Assembly: GCA_017499595.2 (NCBI GenBank)
Contig: CM039008.1
Coordinates: 2,108,001 to 2,172,000 of the forward strand
Direction: 5' to 3'
DNA: 64,000 bases
Origin: Psilocybe cubensis
Taxonomy: Eukaryota
A model generated the notes under the pieces. It saw only the letters and a program-made list of their open reading frames with translations. It made no database searches and had not been told where the DNA came from. Below, piece after piece: positions 1 to 11,347 of the stretch. Position 1 is the stretch's first letter. The number at the start of each line of letters is the position of its first letter. A program made the translations under genes and the position numbers.

Positions 1-546
1 TGCCGTTTCATTGAAGGCACGAAACTGTCGGTGTGCGGTAGCCACACTAATAAGGTACATATCTTTGACGTAGCCAATAATTACGTTCTGCAGACCCTTA
101 CCTCAAGTCCAAAAGGTTTGATCTTTTGCCGTATCTTATGCTTTCTGACGCTCAAACATGTTCACAGAGGCTCACATGACACAGGCGATTGCAGTAACCA
201 TGGCGGAGAGTCGCAAAGTCTGTATTGCAGCATCTTCTAATGGCTTCATCTATCTGTGGGAAAAGCGGAGCCAGCCCTTTGTTGGCGTCGGTGAAACTCA
301 AACACAGCCTGCAAATACGCTCCTTCACTATGCCAGAACCAATGGTCCCTTCATTGCTTTTGTCATGGCATGCACTTACGCTAACTGGGCACCATATCTT
401 TTTGCTGTAAGAATTCGTCATCTGGCCTCAACTTTTATATCTAATAGCAATGTCTACCTTAGTTGTTCGCTTTCTTGACTTCGAAGGCGCAATATTACGG
501 GCTCCTCAACGCAAATGAGGGAAATTTAGAAAATTTAGAGTTGTAG
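1..546 (+). CDS. 3' part of a WD40-repeat-like protein with a hydrophobic C-terminal segment (5' end outside the window)
   Basis: Three spliceable exons: CRFIEGTKLSVCGSHTNKVHIFDVANNYVLQTLTSSPK / EAHMTQAIAV...IAASSNGFIYLWEK...FIAFVMACTYANWAPYLFA / LFAFLTSKAQYYGLLNANEGNLENLEL*. The GT-AG introns (~116-167, ~407-462) are in compatible phases. 'GSHTNKVHIFD' and 'ASSNGFIYLWE' resemble WD40 strand c-d motifs. Confidence 0.6.
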
Positions 547-1581
547 CCAGCATTTGTAGTTACGCGCACTCATAATGTGTATATAACTTTACGTGGTTTT
601 AATGTCTGCGAGTAGCTAGTGGGATCAGGTCTGAAAGTCAGGCATTAGAAATACCTCAAAGGTAATGCGTGTTTGGTACAGGGCATACTTAAATGATACC
701 ATTATAGAGTTGTGAGCAAGGAGGATTTGCGAGGAGGTTAAGTGATCTTCAAACCGTAACTTATTGTGGTTTTGACCCCCTTTTTAGGTGCTAGAACTCC
801 GAAGCAAAGTCCAGAATGACAGCGAAATCAGAGTTACACACTCAGCGCACTTGACGAGTCAAACTACGCTCTATGCTACCGGTCATCGTGTTCAATGAGG
901 CTGGTTTAAAAGCCGTCGCCCGTCGCATGCGTCCCTTTCACGAGAGGTAAGCAGAAATTTTCGTTCTGATCATTCCAGGACATCGGTGCCCACGGCTCAC
1001 TTCCATGAACAGGTGAATCTGCGGTCGAAGGGCAAGGTCGGGGTGAAATCTACACGATAGGGTCTCGACAACTGAGCAACACGATAATCTTCCACTCAAA
1101 CGCACGTTATTTGGTCGCTGCTCAATCTGCGGGGGTTAAGCCGGTCACGATACAGGTCCTGAATCATACTTCGTCATAGGTAAGTTGAAGTTTGTAATAC
1201 GTATATCTCTGGACGGATCTGTATCGCAAAATCTGATTTGCAAGAATCTGATATATTTGATTTAGATTAATTCGTTATTAAATTGTTCAATATATCACGG
1301 GCAGCCGACCAGGCAAGCCCACACTCATATTCATGCGTGAATCAGATAGCATTGGAGCGGAGAGCGTAGTGAGTCACTGGCTTCAAGTCTTCTTCCAACA
1401 GATACGGTGCTGATGGAAGATGAAACGGCACAAGTGACATTGGAGCTGGTGGAAATGGCGCTGGTAGACGAGTCAGAGAGGCGGGTCAGCTCACGGAAGG
1501 AGCACGTTCATACCCCGGAACGGTCATATCCACGCGCAGGTTATGCGCTCTGCACGCGCGTGAAGCTCTTTGTATGCGGTA

Positions 1582-2056
1582 CACGTCTTCCGGGCCGGCC
1601 GGATCCGAACACGCTCATAACACGCTCAGCACGCCCTGAACAGAAGGAGTTGTACTTTCCACTATACCCTTGTACCCTAATCGTGCCTGTTTCCTGCACG
1701 CCACCTTGAACACTGTATGCACCGACGAGCTGCAAGACTTAACTCGCTTCTGTCAATCTAACTGCAAATACCGAGAAAGTTGATCTGTATGCGCCAATTG
1801 GAGGAGCACGTGTTGAGGTGCTTCCCGCGGCACACGTCTTCCGGGCCGGCCGGATCCGAACACGCTCAGCGCGCCCTGGAGTTGTACTTCCCACTATACC
1901 CATGTACCCTAATCGTGCATGTTTCCTGCACGTTACCTCGAACACCGTATGCACCGACGAGCTTCAAGACTTAACTCGCTTCTGTCAATATAACTAATAC
2001 CGAGAAAGTTGATCTGTATGCGCCAATTGGAGGAGCACATGTTGACGCGCTTCCCA
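1582..2056 (+). repeat. Imperfect tandem duplication, two units (~1582-1826 and ~1833-2056)
   Basis: Both units run from cacgtcttccgggccggccggatccgaacacgctca through ggagttgtact and ccgagaaagttgatctgtatgcgccaattggaggagcac to gcttccc, differing by small indels. Confidence 0.9.
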
Positions 2057-3473
2057 TCTTTCTCGCTGTCTCTCAGGTCTAAAATTTGCGCACAACATAC
2101 GCAGACCTCAATAGTTCCTTTAATCGGCAATCTTTACTGGGACAACTTATTCTTTCCCCCTCTTCTGGGTACGCCAACTTCCCTGCGAGCACTGACGTTA
2201 CACCATGACCCCGTGCACCCTTCCTGTAGGCCTCTCCTTTCTCATGTTCTTCGCAGCATCGCCGTCGTCAACGCCAGCGACAGAACCTCCAACGCAACTG
2301 CAACGCCCCCGTCTACACATAGCGTCAGCGCCAGTTCATTTTTACCCAAAAAGACGACACTGTTGATTTCAGCGACTAGGGTGACGCTTAGACGCGCGGA
2401 ATCTGAGTATCATATACTGATGCTCATGATTAGATTGTGTTCCTGATCCCCCTAGCTCTCCGATGTCCTACATAGTGTCTCCCCAGTCAAAGTCGTCGAT
2501 CATAGTCGAAACACACCGTGTGCCTGTCAGTTGAGCTTGTAGGAAAGACGCCGTTGATGCCCCGCGCAGGTGTGTTTCCTTCCCCAGCTTGTCTTGCGTG
2601 ACCTGTCAACCAATGCCATCGTTCTGTAGAATCGTCTTCGGCCTGTCCACCCTTCCATGACGCTCTGCGTTCAATGTACGTCGTGATTCCATACTGTCTA
2701 TATCTAACCTTAATCTTCGTCTTCGTCATAAGACATCTAACATCCAAGTTCTACAGGACTACATACGAGGCGGAAAAAGACGTGCAGACGTGCAGATTAA
2801 CCATCCACCTCCCCAAAACAGCTCAACGCTGAGATAAAGGCGCAGCTCTGCGACCCGTACGCCCACGACGCTGGCTCGGACACATTCTCCCTTACAAACA
2901 TGATGAAGAGGAAGAGTCCGACGAGTTCCACGGGCTTGAAGAGCGCTTCCGTGGTCTCGATGAGATTGCTATCCCCGTCGCGGACGTGCACAACCTGGTT
3001 CCCTGCACAAAACCCAATATTGCTGGGTTCATGAAAATATTCAAGGTTTCCTTTCCCTTCCCCCCTTTTTTTAAAGGTGCTTATCGTTGTTGCAACCCAT
3101 TTTCATCCGCATACAAACACGATGCAATTCATACAATATCTAACCAAACGCGCCAATTCGCGCAGAAGCAAACCCAACTCCCGTTCAAACCTCTTCATGT
3201 CTCCCGGACTGGCGAAATCCGTAAACGCTGGTAAAACGCTCAGCCAACGCTCAGCACGAGTGTATCGTGTGCATGGAGTGCATGAACGAGAACGCTGCAT
3301 TTCCTCTCGACTTTACCTACGTACTTGTGGAATGCAGTAGATTAGTCTGCGGCTTCATGAGCAGTGCAGGAGGCGGGAGCAGACCTAATTTTCCAACCTG
3401 TCGTACTCGTCGCCATCAACGACAGGAGGGTATTATTATTTTCTTTATTTTTATTTTATTTACATTATTACCT

Positions 3474-4157
3474 TTACTTAGAGTTTGGGACAGCTGTTGC
3501 GTCTACGACATTCTCGCTCGCGGGGGGGATGCCGCTTCCGCTTCGACGAGATGAGCATGGGATGCCGATCTCAAGTGTAGCGCCCGTGGGCACGTCGGAT
3601 GCGAGTAGGGAGTCGATGGATGAGAGGGGTTTGTTGATGGAGGCGGTGGTGGTGTTGGTGAGCGTTGATGATTTTTTAGTTGGGTGTAGGGGTGGTGGCG
3701 AGTGTGTATGTGAATGTGGATGGGCATGTGCATGTGGGGAAGGGGAGGGGGAAGAAGAGGATGGTGGATGTGAAAGGGATGATGAGGATGGTGGATGTGT
3801 GAGTGAAGAAGCAAGTGGCATCAAGGACGGGAGCAAAGGCGACGCCTTCAGTTTCGGCGAGTCGACAGAGAGAGGGAGCGGCGGGAGCGGTGGGGAAGTC
3901 GGCAACCCCTTTGCCTGCAGTTGCATCTCCTTCGAGCGCGGCCTACCTTCATCCACAACACCAGCACCAGCAGTCACATCCTTCTCCTTATCTTTATCTC
4001 TATCAGACGAAGCAGAAGCAGCACCCGAAACGACCGACAAAAGTCCAGACGACTTGACCGTACGGATCGTATCACTCGATCCCTTCCTGCGAAGCGTCGC
4101 AACACTCGAACTCGACGCCGAGCTACTCGTCTTTTTATGCTCGTTACCCGACCCCAA
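3474..4157 (-). pseudogene. Ser/Pro/His-rich low-complexity coding fragment, probably an orphaned exon of an unidentified gene
   Basis: 227-aa ORF with typical fungal disordered composition (PTSPPLPPLP, HAHAHPHSHTH). It ends at a GT donor-like site (AA|gtaaag), and downstream candidate exons at ~3100-3400 carry stops/frameshifts. Confidence 0.4.
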
Positions 4158-4417
4158 CCCTGTTCCTGTTCCTGTCCTCTGCTTTTACCTCTACTGCTAC
4201 CAACAACGAAATTCCAGAGTGGCAGAGCAGCGAGATGGGAGTGGACGCGTCAATGTTGCACTCAGCGGCGGTCCTTGAAGGCGCGATTCATATCTCCAGG
4301 TGAGTAGAGTTTGTGTATTGTGATTGGATGTGTACTCAACCGATGTGCTGCAGTGTTTCTGCATGCTGTCCCCCTCTCACATCTACCTCCCACATCCTCG
4401 CCGCTGCGCCAAGTGAC

Positions 4418-4678
4418 AGCAGCATCCCCTAAACGACGCCCTGGTATTGACTCCCCGCCCATCGCTGCAGTTCCAACCGATTGCAAACGTCGACGACGCA
4501 CCTCTACAAGGTATGTGTATTGCAGTATGTAGTCTCAACGACGGCGCTGACGGTGTGCTTGACAGAACAATCTTGAGGATGTAGTATGGTGAGCAGCATC
4601 CCCTAAACGGCGCCCTGGTACTGACTCACCGCCCATCGCTGCAGTTCCAACCTATTGCAAACGTCGACGACGCACCTC
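4418..4678 (+). repeat. Direct duplication of ~87 bp (4418-4504 and 4593-4678)
   Basis: gcagcatcccctaaacg(a/g)cgccctggta(t/c)tgactc...ttgcaaacgtcgacgacgcacctc occurs twice with few substitutions. Confidence 0.9.
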
Positions 4679-4719
4679 GACAATCCCCTCTGCCTCTCTC
4701 GTCAACAACATGCCGCCAA

Positions 4720-5098
4720 AACGCGATGCCATAGCGAGTGTCCGTTGCAATGCATGCTACGCGGCGTTTGACTTGACGCACAGACACATGGACACGCGGG
4801 CGCGGTTGCGACAGGGAACAAAACAGTACGCAGAAACCTGACAGTTTATAAACACATTGCTGACGCACCTTGCCAGTGAGGCGCTCCTCACCGACTACAC
4901 TTCACAGCCTGCTGCGTACACAGATGTGGCGGGCACTCGGAACGCAATGCCATAGTGAGTGTCCGTCGTAATGCATGCTATGTGGAATTTGACTTGACGC
5001 ACAGACACACGGACATGCTGGCGCGGTTGCGAGTGGGAACAAAACGGTGAGTAGAAACCTTGATAACCCATACCTACAGCATTGACGCACTTTTCCAG
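4720..5098 (+). repeat. Diverged direct duplication of ~155 bp (~4720-4876 and ~4941-5098)
   Basis: aacgc(g/a)atgccatag...tttgacttgacgcacagacac...gggaacaaaac...tgacgcac...ccag is repeated. Confidence 0.85.
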
Positions 5099-5254
5099 CA
5101 ACGCGCTCGTCGTTGGCCAGCGGTTTCTTTTCATCGCAACGCACCCCGGTGTCAGTCGGTCTCCGGTGTGCGTACGCTGTTGTGGCGGGCATTCTTGGGT
5201 AAGTAAAGGTCCTTTCCATCATCTCCTATGACAGCCCCCGACACCCTTGATCCA

Positions 5255-5380
5255 TAAGAAGATACGAGGCCAACGATGGTGATTTGAAGTGACTGGAAGT
5301 GGTAAAACAACAGTGAGCATCAGAGTATGACATAGTTTTCCAATGACTGACCTCTTGCCGTCGCAGTACCCCTCAACTCC
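5255..5380 (+). pseudogene. Orphan P-loop NTPase fragment (Walker A TGSGKTT followed by an intact intron)
   Basis: 5292-5312 ACT GGA AGT GGT AAA ACA ACA = TGSGKTT, then a 54-nt intron gtgagc...ctgac...cgcag (5313-5366). The flanking reading frames are broken. Confidence 0.45.
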
Positions 5381-5936
5381 CTATCGCAGTCGCACGCCAA
5401 CAACACCGATACAGACACGCTGAAAAGACAAGAGGTGAGCAAGCGTGAAATTCCAGCTGCGTAGGTAACTTACAAGTATTCGCAGTTCGTCACTCTGCTC
5501 CCTTGACCCCGCCTGTGTCGTCGTCGTCATCGTCGATCTCAAAGAAGGAATGGCAGGTAAGGTTAGTACAGTAATTAAGACTGATAAAGGGTGGTGACGC
5601 ACCTTGGCAGGACATTCCTAACAAGGCGCATCGTGTACGACAACGCGACTTGTCATAGCGCGCACCCCGCCATCAACTAGTATACAAGCGAAGGTAAGTG
5701 AGCAGAAAAAGAGGAAGAGTCTCACTCACATGACACTGTTGTCCCAGATCTTTCCCGCGGTGCGAACTCTCATCGCAGCGCCGCCGTCTCGAACCCAAGG
5801 TGCGATTGGCTGGTAATGACACGAGGGCGATAGCGGGGGATTGGAGGACGCTGGAAGGATGGCCGTACGTCCACGCCGCTGGCTCAGTCGACACCCTCTG
5901 AGAAAGAGGAGGATGAAGAGTCAGGCAAGAGCTTAG

Positions 5937-6746
5937 AAAATCTCAGTACTCCAACATGACCCGTCTACACACATCTGCCAATGCGGCCTGGAGACCCCCG
6001 ACGCCTACATCTCGGAATTTAAACCCCCTTATGCACCCTTTGCCCGTGCGAGAGAACGAACCCGTGCTTTGAATGCGGTTAAAATGGAAAGGATGTTCGC
6101 GAAGCCGCTTGTGGACAGTCTGGAAGGGCACATCGATGCTGTTGAGGTCCTGTACAGGCGACCTGGCTTCCTAACAGGTGTGGCCAGTGGAAGCTGGGAT
6201 GGAGGTGTGTGCGTGGGTTCTCTAATCACGCAGGCGATAATCACTAAATGATGGAATTGGAATAAACCAGGAATAATCCTCCACAATCTTGCAACCCGAA
6301 AACCGATCGCCAAAATTCCCCAGGCGCACAAGGGAAAGCGTCAGGGCTATGCTTCTCTCCGGATGGTCAAAGGCTTCTTAGCTGCGGTGTCGATCGTAAC
6401 GTGAAGCCTATGGGCCGTTGGAGACGATAACCTGAATACGGAGGTGGTAAGTCAACACCCTCGGACGACAGCGCTGCATGTCCGCATCAGCGCTTCTTTT
6501 ATTTACTGAGCTCAATTTCTAATCCTTTAACCGTTGCCCTTTAGCCTCTTAATGTATTCCCGGGAAAGCTGCGTTTAAGCGAGGATCAATCTATCCATCT
6601 TCTCACTTTCCCAACATCAACCGAAACTATCACATCTGTACGATTTAATGAGCGAATCATCGGTGCTCGCAAGTATAGGATCCGACGGGACATTCACGCT
6701 GTACGATATCAGGACTGGAAAGGCTGAGCGACGAGTGGTTATGCAG
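5937..6746 (+). pseudogene. SOF1: Truncated, frameshifted SOF1/DCAF13 (U3 snoRNP WD40 protein) gene fragment with introns retained
   Basis: After repairing several 1-2 nt indels it reads KISVLQHDP...PTSRNLNPLMHPFARARERTRALNAVKMERMFAKPLVDSLEGHIDAVEVL...ASGSWDG | IILHNLATRKPIAKIPQAHKGK.SGLCFSPDGQRLLSCGVDRNVK | ...TITSVRFN.SESSVLASIGSDGTFTLYDIRTGKAERRVVMQ. This is the characteristic Sof1 N-terminal half. No ATG, an internal deletion, and the C-terminal half is missing. Confidence 0.85.
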
Positions 6747-7407
6747 GTAAAACTCATCTCATCCTAACCACATTTTTTTAATCTCACCATGGATGTGCAC
6801 GACCTTTCTCCCTACACAAAGCTCAATATTACCGGGTTAATGAACAGGTACGTACTGCGTTATTACCATGTCTTAGGTTACACATCGTGACGTCTAGTTG
6901 GAGGCGTTAATTCATCGTGCCGATAAATGTAGTTTTAGCTTCGATTGTGCTTAGAGGTTCGTTTTGCTGCTGTACCGGCAGCTTCTGCGAGGATGTAGAG
7001 AATTTGTGAACGAATACGGCACTGGCAATTCTATCGCAACACCCGCAGAGTTTACACCCCGCAAAGGACATCTTGACCCACAACTCCCTGACTCACCCAT
7101 CATACGAGCAGTCGATTATCAACGGGTCACTCGGCGAGCCAACTTATTTCATTAATTATGAATGAACCGGAGTGAACTTGACTGAGAAATAAAATGGATA
7201 TGCGACAGTATAATACAATATGAAACAGTAGACTACACATTAGAGGTATCGTTGAATACAAAAGTGAGCGTGTATATACAGCAGATCAAATACTGAAAAT
7301 CGAAAGCAAGAAAACAAGAAAACGATTAGAAAGATGACGGGGAGTAGGGTAGTGGGTGAGTCCCCCAAGAAGTTATAAAGACGCTGGAATGACGCTGAGA
7401 ACGCCTG

Positions 7408-7969
7408 CTAGGTGCGGAAGGGGGAAACCTCGTATTTCTTGCAGATTGCGAGATACTCGTTCCTCGACGGATACTTGGCGCGAATCTGCGCCTCGATAGC
7501 GATGTCGTTCAGCCGGTGCCTATGGTCGAGAGCGAATCGGTCGATGTTGATATTGTGCGCTTCGGGCGTCATAGGCCGGGTGAGTGCGCGTTTGTTGTCG
7601 AGAAGGGTATGAAGATCCATTATTTCTTGACGAATCCGAAGGAGGTCCTCGATTTCCTCGAAGTCGGCGTTGCAGTCAGCGTCGGTGGTGCGTAAATTCT
7701 GGGCTTCGACATCCGTGATTTGAGCGCCTAACGAAACTGGGATGAGCAGATTCAAAAAAAAAAAAAATTCAACGATGCGTACGATTGCGACCTCTGACCA
7801 TCACCGGGGTATCGCTACGCTCTTCGATATAACGAAAGACCTCCCCACAAACCGACCCCACATACGCGGATACGCGCTCCGTTATCCAACATCCCGACGC
7901 GATGCTGTGCTTCAACCCATACTTGAAGCCTACGATGGCCGAAACGACTTGAGAGATGAGTGCAGCCAT
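7408..7969 (-). CDS. Small two-exon hypothetical protein (~170 aa)
   Basis: ATG at 7969 gives MAALISQVVSAIVGFKYG...VMVRGRN. An intron gtacgc...poly-T...ttag (~7781-7728) joins in frame to RAQITDVEAQN...KKYEVSPFRT*. No recognisable domain. Confidence 0.55.
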
Positions 7970-8488
7970 GGTAAGAGATTCGCGGTTAACGAATAAGCGG
8001 GTGGGTGTGGAGATCGATGTGGGTGGTAGTCGGTAAGAGCGAGTGAGCGAGGGAGTGAGTGGTTGTGGTTGTGGTTGGTGATAAGAAAGGCTGCGGGAAA
8101 GTTGTGTAAGTGGGATCAATTTATAGATGGTGGTGACAAACGATGGCAAACGAACAGATTAAAGTACTCACTGCAGACTCACACTAGGGAAGGCCAAAGA
8201 TTCAGAATTTTCAATGTCTGCAGGTGAGTCGGGTGTAGGCGCGCCAGGTAGGGCGCCAGCTATATTAAGTACCCAACGAGTGTAATAAATAGAATTGCGC
8301 AAAACGCTGAAAATATATCATATTTATTAATGAATCGCGCACTACACATTGACGACTGCGAGATTTTTCAAAGGGCAGCGAGTCGCCAGAACGACGCATG
8401 CCATCGTGTTATCATCGTCTGCGAGTCGACATCGCGCCAAAAATGCGAATTCTTCGCGCGCTTGTCGACTCGCTCAGCGAGTCGATTA

Positions 8489-8858
8489 CTGTAAGTTCAG
8501 GTGTATGTTTAACTTACAGCACTTACTTACAGGAATTGTGTAAGTATGACATACACAATTTGTTTTCTTTGTGTGTATGTTTTACTTACACAAGTGCTGT
8601 TTGTATGACTTACAGCAATTGTGTATATTATACTAACACCGGACAAAAAGAAATTGTGTAATCTCGGTGTTTATTCTATTTACAGTCTACTTACAGCAAT
8701 TGTGTTTGGTCGGCATACAGCCACCAAACACAATATGTCTTTGCCGACTGTTTGTTTTTCATACACGTGTGCTGTATGTCGAACTTACAGCGAAACTTAC
8801 ATAAGACATGTAAGTTTTCTGCTGTATGTTTAACTTACAGCGGTCGGCGCCCGCAGTG
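8489..8858. mobile_element. Solo right arm of a CACTG/CAGTG (CACTA/EnSpm-like) foldback element, same family as 58878-59543
   Basis: Ends ...aacttacagcggtcggcgcccgcagtg (8858), near-identical to the right arm of the 58878-59543 element, and is rich in acttacag subterminal repeats. No matching left terminus (cactgcgggcgcc) was seen upstream in the window. Confidence 0.85.
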
Positions 8859-9244
8859 TAAGCGCTAATCCCTTGAGCTTTTCATAGCAAAACTTTTTCG
8901 CCAAACCACAAGTGTGTTCCGAGGATCACTGAATACATGTAGATACCCAAGGCTATGTCTTGTTCAAAGTAGTACGGCTTAAATTTTCGGTACCGACAAT
9001 GATAAGCGTGTAGCAATGTGATAAAATGGCAATTTCTGACAAAATCATGTTTGCCTAACGCAGGCTAAAGGGAAGCAGTGAGTGTCCTTCTATAAATAGA
9101 CGAAGCCCTGACTATGCCGTGGGTTACCAGTATGTCGTAACGTAACGAAATGTAGATGAGTGACCTTAAACTTTGGATTTATATATTATCAAGTAATGGC
9201 TTCGGTTTTACCGAGTACCCACTATGTTCATAACCGATGATCTC

Positions 9245-11347
9245 TCACCTACTCGCTTCCACTCTCAGAGCCGACTGCCTGAAAAATATCAGATCAACAT
9301 TGAACTTCTCACAGAAGGACTGAAGTTCAGAGCGACTGGATCCGCCAGTCTCCCAAGCTTTCTTCAACCGATCCTTTATTTTCTCGGCGTTGTTTCGCAG
9401 AGCCTTGCCTTCTGGGCCACGGCAAGCGTCGATAACCTCTCTGATCTCAAACGCCACGGCTTCCTTCGTCCCTTTGGCCTGTTTACCGGACCTAAGCAGA
9501 GGCTTTAAACCTTTTTCTCCTGTTCTAACCTCCAGCAGTTCGAATGCGACCTTGAGATTGACAGAAAGGTATGCGGCGGCGGCAGGTTGATCGCCCTCAA
9601 AAGGCCAACAAATCCTGCCAGCATATAAGTAAAAGGAATGCAGTATGAGGTGTAAGACGAACATAGGAATGCCACTCCCGAGAGCCTCCATTACACTGTT
9701 ATGTCCTCCATGCGTCACAAACCATCCAGTAGCCTGTAATGTGTCAATGATTTTAATATATTACATACGGAGGCTAAGGTGATGACTGCTCACCGGATGG
9801 TTGAGAATGTATTGTTGTGGAACCCACTTAGACACAAGTCCAATACCAGAGCTGTTTATCTTAACGATCAGATCCTCCGAGAGACTTGCAAAGGGTGATG
9901 CATAGCAAATTATCTGAGTTAAATCAGTTAATCTACCTAGATCAAATAAACAACAGTTGTCGTCGACGTACGAATGGCATATTCTTCTCAATAAATGCAT
10001 TGATAACCTCGCCAATGTAGTCTTGTTTTGTTGGCCAGAATACGGTCCCAAAAGACATCTAAGATTTTCTTTAGTCTTCAATACGACTGTTCCGAACGTT
10101 AGAAGAGAGATCGGTTATAAAGTCAACCCACATAAACAACTGATTTTTCTCCGTGGCTCTGGAGCATTTTGTTTAGAAATTCTTCAGTTTCAGCCGAGCC
10201 AGTCATTCCTTCTGCAGGGTTGCTAGTTTTGGGAGGAACCAAGGGACCAATCACATAGCATCCTTGTTGTCTTTTAGCGTACCAAGCTTTGAGAGCATCC
10301 GTGGCCACCTCTTCCGCAGCATATCCGGTCGTTATAAACGCGGCATCGCTTCCTTCAAGGCCTCTGAGGGGAGGCATTAAATTGAATCGCCGAAAAGCGC
10401 GATCATGCAATACTTACTCGTTAGCCATTTTAATGATCACCGAAACGTCAATTTCGAGAGGAACCTGACCACGCCCATGAGATTAATTCTGAGCTAAATG
10501 GATTTCCGCACTTCTTGAGGGAAAAATTCCCAGTCGTACATATCAGGAAGGCCGGGAACCTTCACAATATGTCCTCCGGTAGACCCATAAGACTAAGATA
10601 TACGATCAGCGATGCACGACTAACGGCTTCAATGGCTTGAAAGCGCTCACCTGGCCACCCTCCAACAAAATGCTAGTGGGCGCAAATATTTGCATTACCG
10701 AAGATACGTGTCCTGTTATCCACGAAATAACAGGCAAGGATTTCCCCGAAATCTGGCGCGTTGCGTTGATTAGAGGAGAGGCAATGAGCTAAATTGTAGT
10801 GATTATGCGCTCCCTATGATCTATAATTGACGAAAACGCACATCAAGAACGATTATATTTGGAGCCAGAACGGGTCCGAAAATTGTTCCAGTTTTGGCGC
10901 ATGAAACAGGTTTTGATTCTAAAAGATCCTGATAGAGAGCCGGATAGGAATTGACGAGTAGAGGAAAGAGCACAAAAGGATCCTCGGTATCCGATTGAAA
11001 GGCTGAAAGCAACCTATAAACATGTCAAGGTGAGGCACAGCTGTAATGACAATGTATAAGAATACCTAATACGACTCTGAGCGCCGATAGGTATGTCACC
11101 AGAGAACTCTGAGGATATCTCACTCTGAGCTTTCTTGAACAGGTTTGGTGCTAGCAATATAGTTATAACAACATTCTCATGCTCTTTAACCAAACGGGCC
11201 CCAAAGATACAAAATGGTCTAACATGGCCTGAGGAACCAAACGGTGAGTGATTTTGATTGCTTCTGATCGATCTGGATAACACACATACCCCATGCTGGG
11301 AATCCAGAGAAAAGCAAATGTGTAGTTTGTTTGACGGGTGCGGACAT
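9245..11347 (-). CDS. UDP-glycosyltransferase, GT1 family (copy 1)
   Basis: About 11 exons. N-terminus MSAPVKQTTHLLFSGFPAWG|HVRP, then SFGTVFWP, a UGT signature WVPQQYILNHP|ATGWFVTHGGHNSVMEALGSGIPM|ICWPFEGDQ. The exons splice in frame. Confidence 0.92.

Noticed and set aside
600-1180. Several GT-AG intron-like segments downstream of the WD40 gene
   Set aside because: I could not assemble a stop-free spliced ORF. It may be UTR or non-coding transcript.
3364-4278. 304-aa plus-strand ORF
   Set aside because: Antisense shadow of the low-complexity minus-strand ORF, with a non-ATG start and no domain.
2854-5894. Shared 23-nt core ccgtacg.ccacg.cgctggctc at ~2854 and ~5863 (EPAxWxYG on the minus strand, faintly like Hsp70 EPTAAALAYG)
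   Set aside because: Too short, and the flanks show no Hsp70 similarity.
5650-6900. CTAGT sites (~5677, ~6894) as possible Helitron 3' ends
   Set aside because: No convincing GC-rich subterminal hairpin upstream of either site.
7754-7768. Poly-A run suggesting a retroposed tail
   Set aside because: It lies inside the predicted minus-strand intron as a poly-T tract, with no TSD.
8349-8833. Short ORFs over the foldback arm (likewise 12166-12447 and 58742-59753)
   Set aside because: Chance ORFs in non-coding TIR sequence with no transposase motifs.
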